From: Chrysomallon squamiferum | Lineage: Eukaryota > Animalia > Mollusca | NCBI GenBank assembly: GCA_012295275.1 | Contig: CM022670.1 | Location: 17,422,001 to 17,486,000, forward strand | Direction of reading: 5' to 3' | DNA: 64,000 nucleotides | In this document: one piece after another, positions 61,203 through 64,000 of the stretch | Position numbering within the stretch: the first letter of the stretch is position 1 | Layout: every line of letters begins with the position of its first letter | Notes under the pieces: model-generated | What the model was told of the DNA's origin: nothing | Database searches by the model: none | The model's input: only the letters and a program-made list of their open reading frames with translations | Translations under genes and position numbers: made by a program

Positions 61203-64000
61203 AACAGTCTAAAAAAACAAAAAACTGTGTGTTGTCTGTGCTTGATGCAAATGACCAAAATTGGTTGTGAGACGAATTCAAACTAAACAGTTGGATGATC
61301 TGTTGTAAATTGTCTTGACAATGCAGCTTTAAGATGTTATATTCTGGTTTGTTACTTTCCTTTTTTCTTTACATTAAAATAAACCATGCTGCAATATCAG
61401 TTCAATGCCAAAATATACTCACCCAGCTAGACAGGAGCAGTTATGTAGTTTGTGTGCCTAGACATTGTCCCTCGGGGAATGCCAGCTTCTTGCATTCACT
61501 TTTGGTTGATTTACGTCAAAAATGTTTATATTGTGGATGTAACCCTGCTTAAAATAATTTAAACTTTTCTCTTGTGCTTTTCTCTTGAAAGGCCCGAAAT
61601 CTCAGGAAGATATGAAACCGACACATCATCTGGAATATGTTTTAGATCAGCTCCTCCATCTTCTACCAATTCTGTCATTTTGGATGTTAGCTTGTGGGAC
61701 ATAGTAACAGTAACTAATGGAGCATGGTTTACGGAATAATTGTGGAAACATGAATTTAAATGTTAAATGTAAAGGGTAATACGACTGTGCTCACTAAAAT
61801 GCTAGAACAGTGTTCAGCTACCTCTTTCTGTATAATACCCATTTTCAAACATTGTGATTGGAACATCTACCAAACACACTGTAATTTTAGAAATAATGGC
61901 TTATATTTATTAAAGTTTAAACTAAAGTTAAATAAAAGTTTAATCAATTACTCATTAAAGTTTAATGATTAAAATCCAGCCAATTTGTTTGATGTTAATT
62001 ATGTTGTTTTAAAATTTGCTTCATTCATTAAAAATAATAATATTAATAATAATAAATAAAAAAAATTTAAAAAGTAAAAGAAAAAGGCAGTCTTTTAAAT
62101 ATAACATAAGTTTTTATCTTTGTAAATTAAGTATACAATTCACTTTAAAATGACATGAAAATATGCACATAAATAAAAAATAAATAATTTTCATAGAAAG
62201 CAAAATGGAGATACAAATAGCAGCTAAGAAAAAGATCGTTTTTAATTAACTAAGTAAATAAATAAATAGGGAAGTATTTACCGAAGAATTAATTTTAATA
62301 TTAACCTATTGGTTATATATCATGTCAAGTGGTGAAACAAATAAACTGTTTATGTAGGCTGATCTTATCTGCTATCAAGTAGAAACCTGCTACAGAACAA
62401 CCTTAGTTATTCAATGAGATGCAGTTTGACAAAAAATAAATGTATGAAGGAGTACAAATCAACTGAGTGTTGTACCAGTGAAATAAAGCCACATTCTTTG
62501 AAAGACACACACTCAAACCTATGCCCATGCAGACACCTAAAAGCACACAGACACACACTCATTTATACATACATACATGCACATGGACATGTACATATAC
62601 ATTTAGACACAAATGTATACATACATGCACATGCACACATACACACACACTTGAGCAAAATGGAATCTGTATTATTTATAAAGTGATATCTAGATAAAAT
62701 ATTGAGCATTATAACAAATATATCAATAAGTAAGTTAATTTTAACTTTAATTTGACAGTGAATAATTTATAAATAAATTCATTACTTCAGAAACCAAACA
62801 AAGAAAAACAAGTCTAGAAATTGAGAAGAAGGTATGTGCAGTTTACTGACTGAAGCCAGATCAGTTACCACGACTGAATAGTGGTTGTTAAGTAAACAAC
62901 TGTTCAGTATTTCACTGTTAATATATTGACATAAGTCTGAACTGTTTACTTAATGAGGCCTGTGCACCACTGTCTAAAAGCTTTTCATCATGTTTGTTAA
63001 CCAAACAGTCAGGAGTTTCCAAGAAATGCATGATTTTGTCCTGTTTGAGATTTTAAATTAAAAATTCTTGTCCTGCCTTGTTCCAAAGAAATAATTTGTT
63101 CAAACCTGGTTTACTTTCAATAGATTTGATAGGCTCTATTATTGTTATTATTATTAAATATATTCAGCTATGCAATGTACCTTTAAAACAGTTTGTAAAA
63201 TATTATATCTCAGCAGTCCAAGTGTTTTATAAAATGATCACAGTAACTACATTTTTCTTATCTGTGCTGTAATACTAAAATAATAAAGTAATAATTTAAA
63301 ATTTAACTGGAATGGTTTATTTAATATAATTATTTGTAGTTTTCTTTTTTATGTATTTTTTTTTTTTCTTCGTAAATTTCTGTTATTTAATATTTTAAAA
63401 TGTTATTTTATTATTTCAATATAATTTTTATTATTTATTGGTATTTACTCAAAGAACATTTTATATTTACATGAAAAGTAAATGATTAAATTATTTTTTA
63501 TTTTATCTGGTCAATACTTCAAATTTATTACATAGATTCAAGTCTGGAAGTAATTTTTCAAGTGTGCCTAGAAAATGACCTATTAAAAACAGTTTGTGCC
63601 TGTATAAATTGATATCTATCTCTCACTAACTTTAGATGAAATTAGTAAATACTGAAATAAGTAATTATAAGTTTTACAATATTACATATATTTTATAACT
63701 GATATGGTGAGCACATAACATATATTCAGGTAAGAAACCCTGGTAATCTTGCAGTGTAAGTCAGCTGAGTATTTTATGTTTCATTTTTTTATCTTGATGC
63801 TTGTGCAGATATAAAAGGATTATATAGATTCACTTGTCAACTTGTGAAGTTAAAATTTAAAAATATAAAATTTCAATTTTAAAAATCAAACTTACTTTTC
63901 TTATCATTATTATTTCTGATTAGTCATGAGTTTTACAAAAAAATTGTATTGTGATGTTGTGGGCAGACAAACAATGTGGGGAAAAACAACTTACGATAAT

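Larger units (their letters stand above)
59490..61970 (-). mobile_element. Copy-B-specific intronic insert with a decayed SWIM zinc-finger ORF (SWIM-YqaJ type accessory gene of ISL2EU/Kolobok-like transposons)
   Basis: Absent from the equivalent copy A intron (19810-20120). Remnants: NYFKQGYIHN..CSCLAG|gt at 61423, then CGHCSHIVGLL..SCMSIPRQWGYPKG (about 60845-60715) and FG..PLSYH (about 60260-60210); many stops. Confidence 0.6.
39628..64000 (+). repeat. Segmental tandem duplication partner of 1..about 21830
   Basis: Base 1 (ataattttctttaaaac) matches 39628; exons and introns are collinear up to the window end (about 21740-21810 versus 63920-63990). Confidence 0.95.

Noticed and set aside
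1-64000. Copies A and B as an uncollapsed-haplotype assembly artefact
   Set aside because: Intron divergence, large copy-specific inserts and a unique spacer of more than 10 kb favour true paralogues; read depth would be the formal test.

Overview
AT-rich, intron-containing animal DNA, probably gastropod mollusc judging from a recalled SINE-like repeat (tentative). The window holds two head-to-tail minus-strand paralogues, about 39.6 kb apart, of one giant multi-exon gene. Copy A spans <1..23119 and runs off the left edge. Copy B spans 34942..>64000 and its 5' exons lie off the right edge. Manual GT-AG and phase reconstruction gives a protein of about 4,600 aa: N-terminal ubiquitin-like (beta-grasp) candidate, canonical ankyrin block, duplicated CxxC..HxC motif, long degenerate ankyrin solenoid, about 6-7 divergent alpha/beta repeats, 4-5 single-exon ankyrin repeats, then ZU5-ZU5-UPA and two tandem death-fold domains. 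Copy B keeps a PIDD1/Nup98-type HFS autoproteolysis motif at the ZU5/UPA junction; copy A has YLS. Copy A carries a nonsense codon, a 28-nt deletion and three 1-nt indels. Copy B carries a 2-nt and a 1-nt frameshift. Introns and the spacer contain a decayed Sola2 transposon, a decayed SWIM-finger transposon ORF with a nested SINE, a Tx1/L1 relic, duplicated splice acceptors, minisatellites and microsatellites. All domain calls are by motif recognition only; no search was run.
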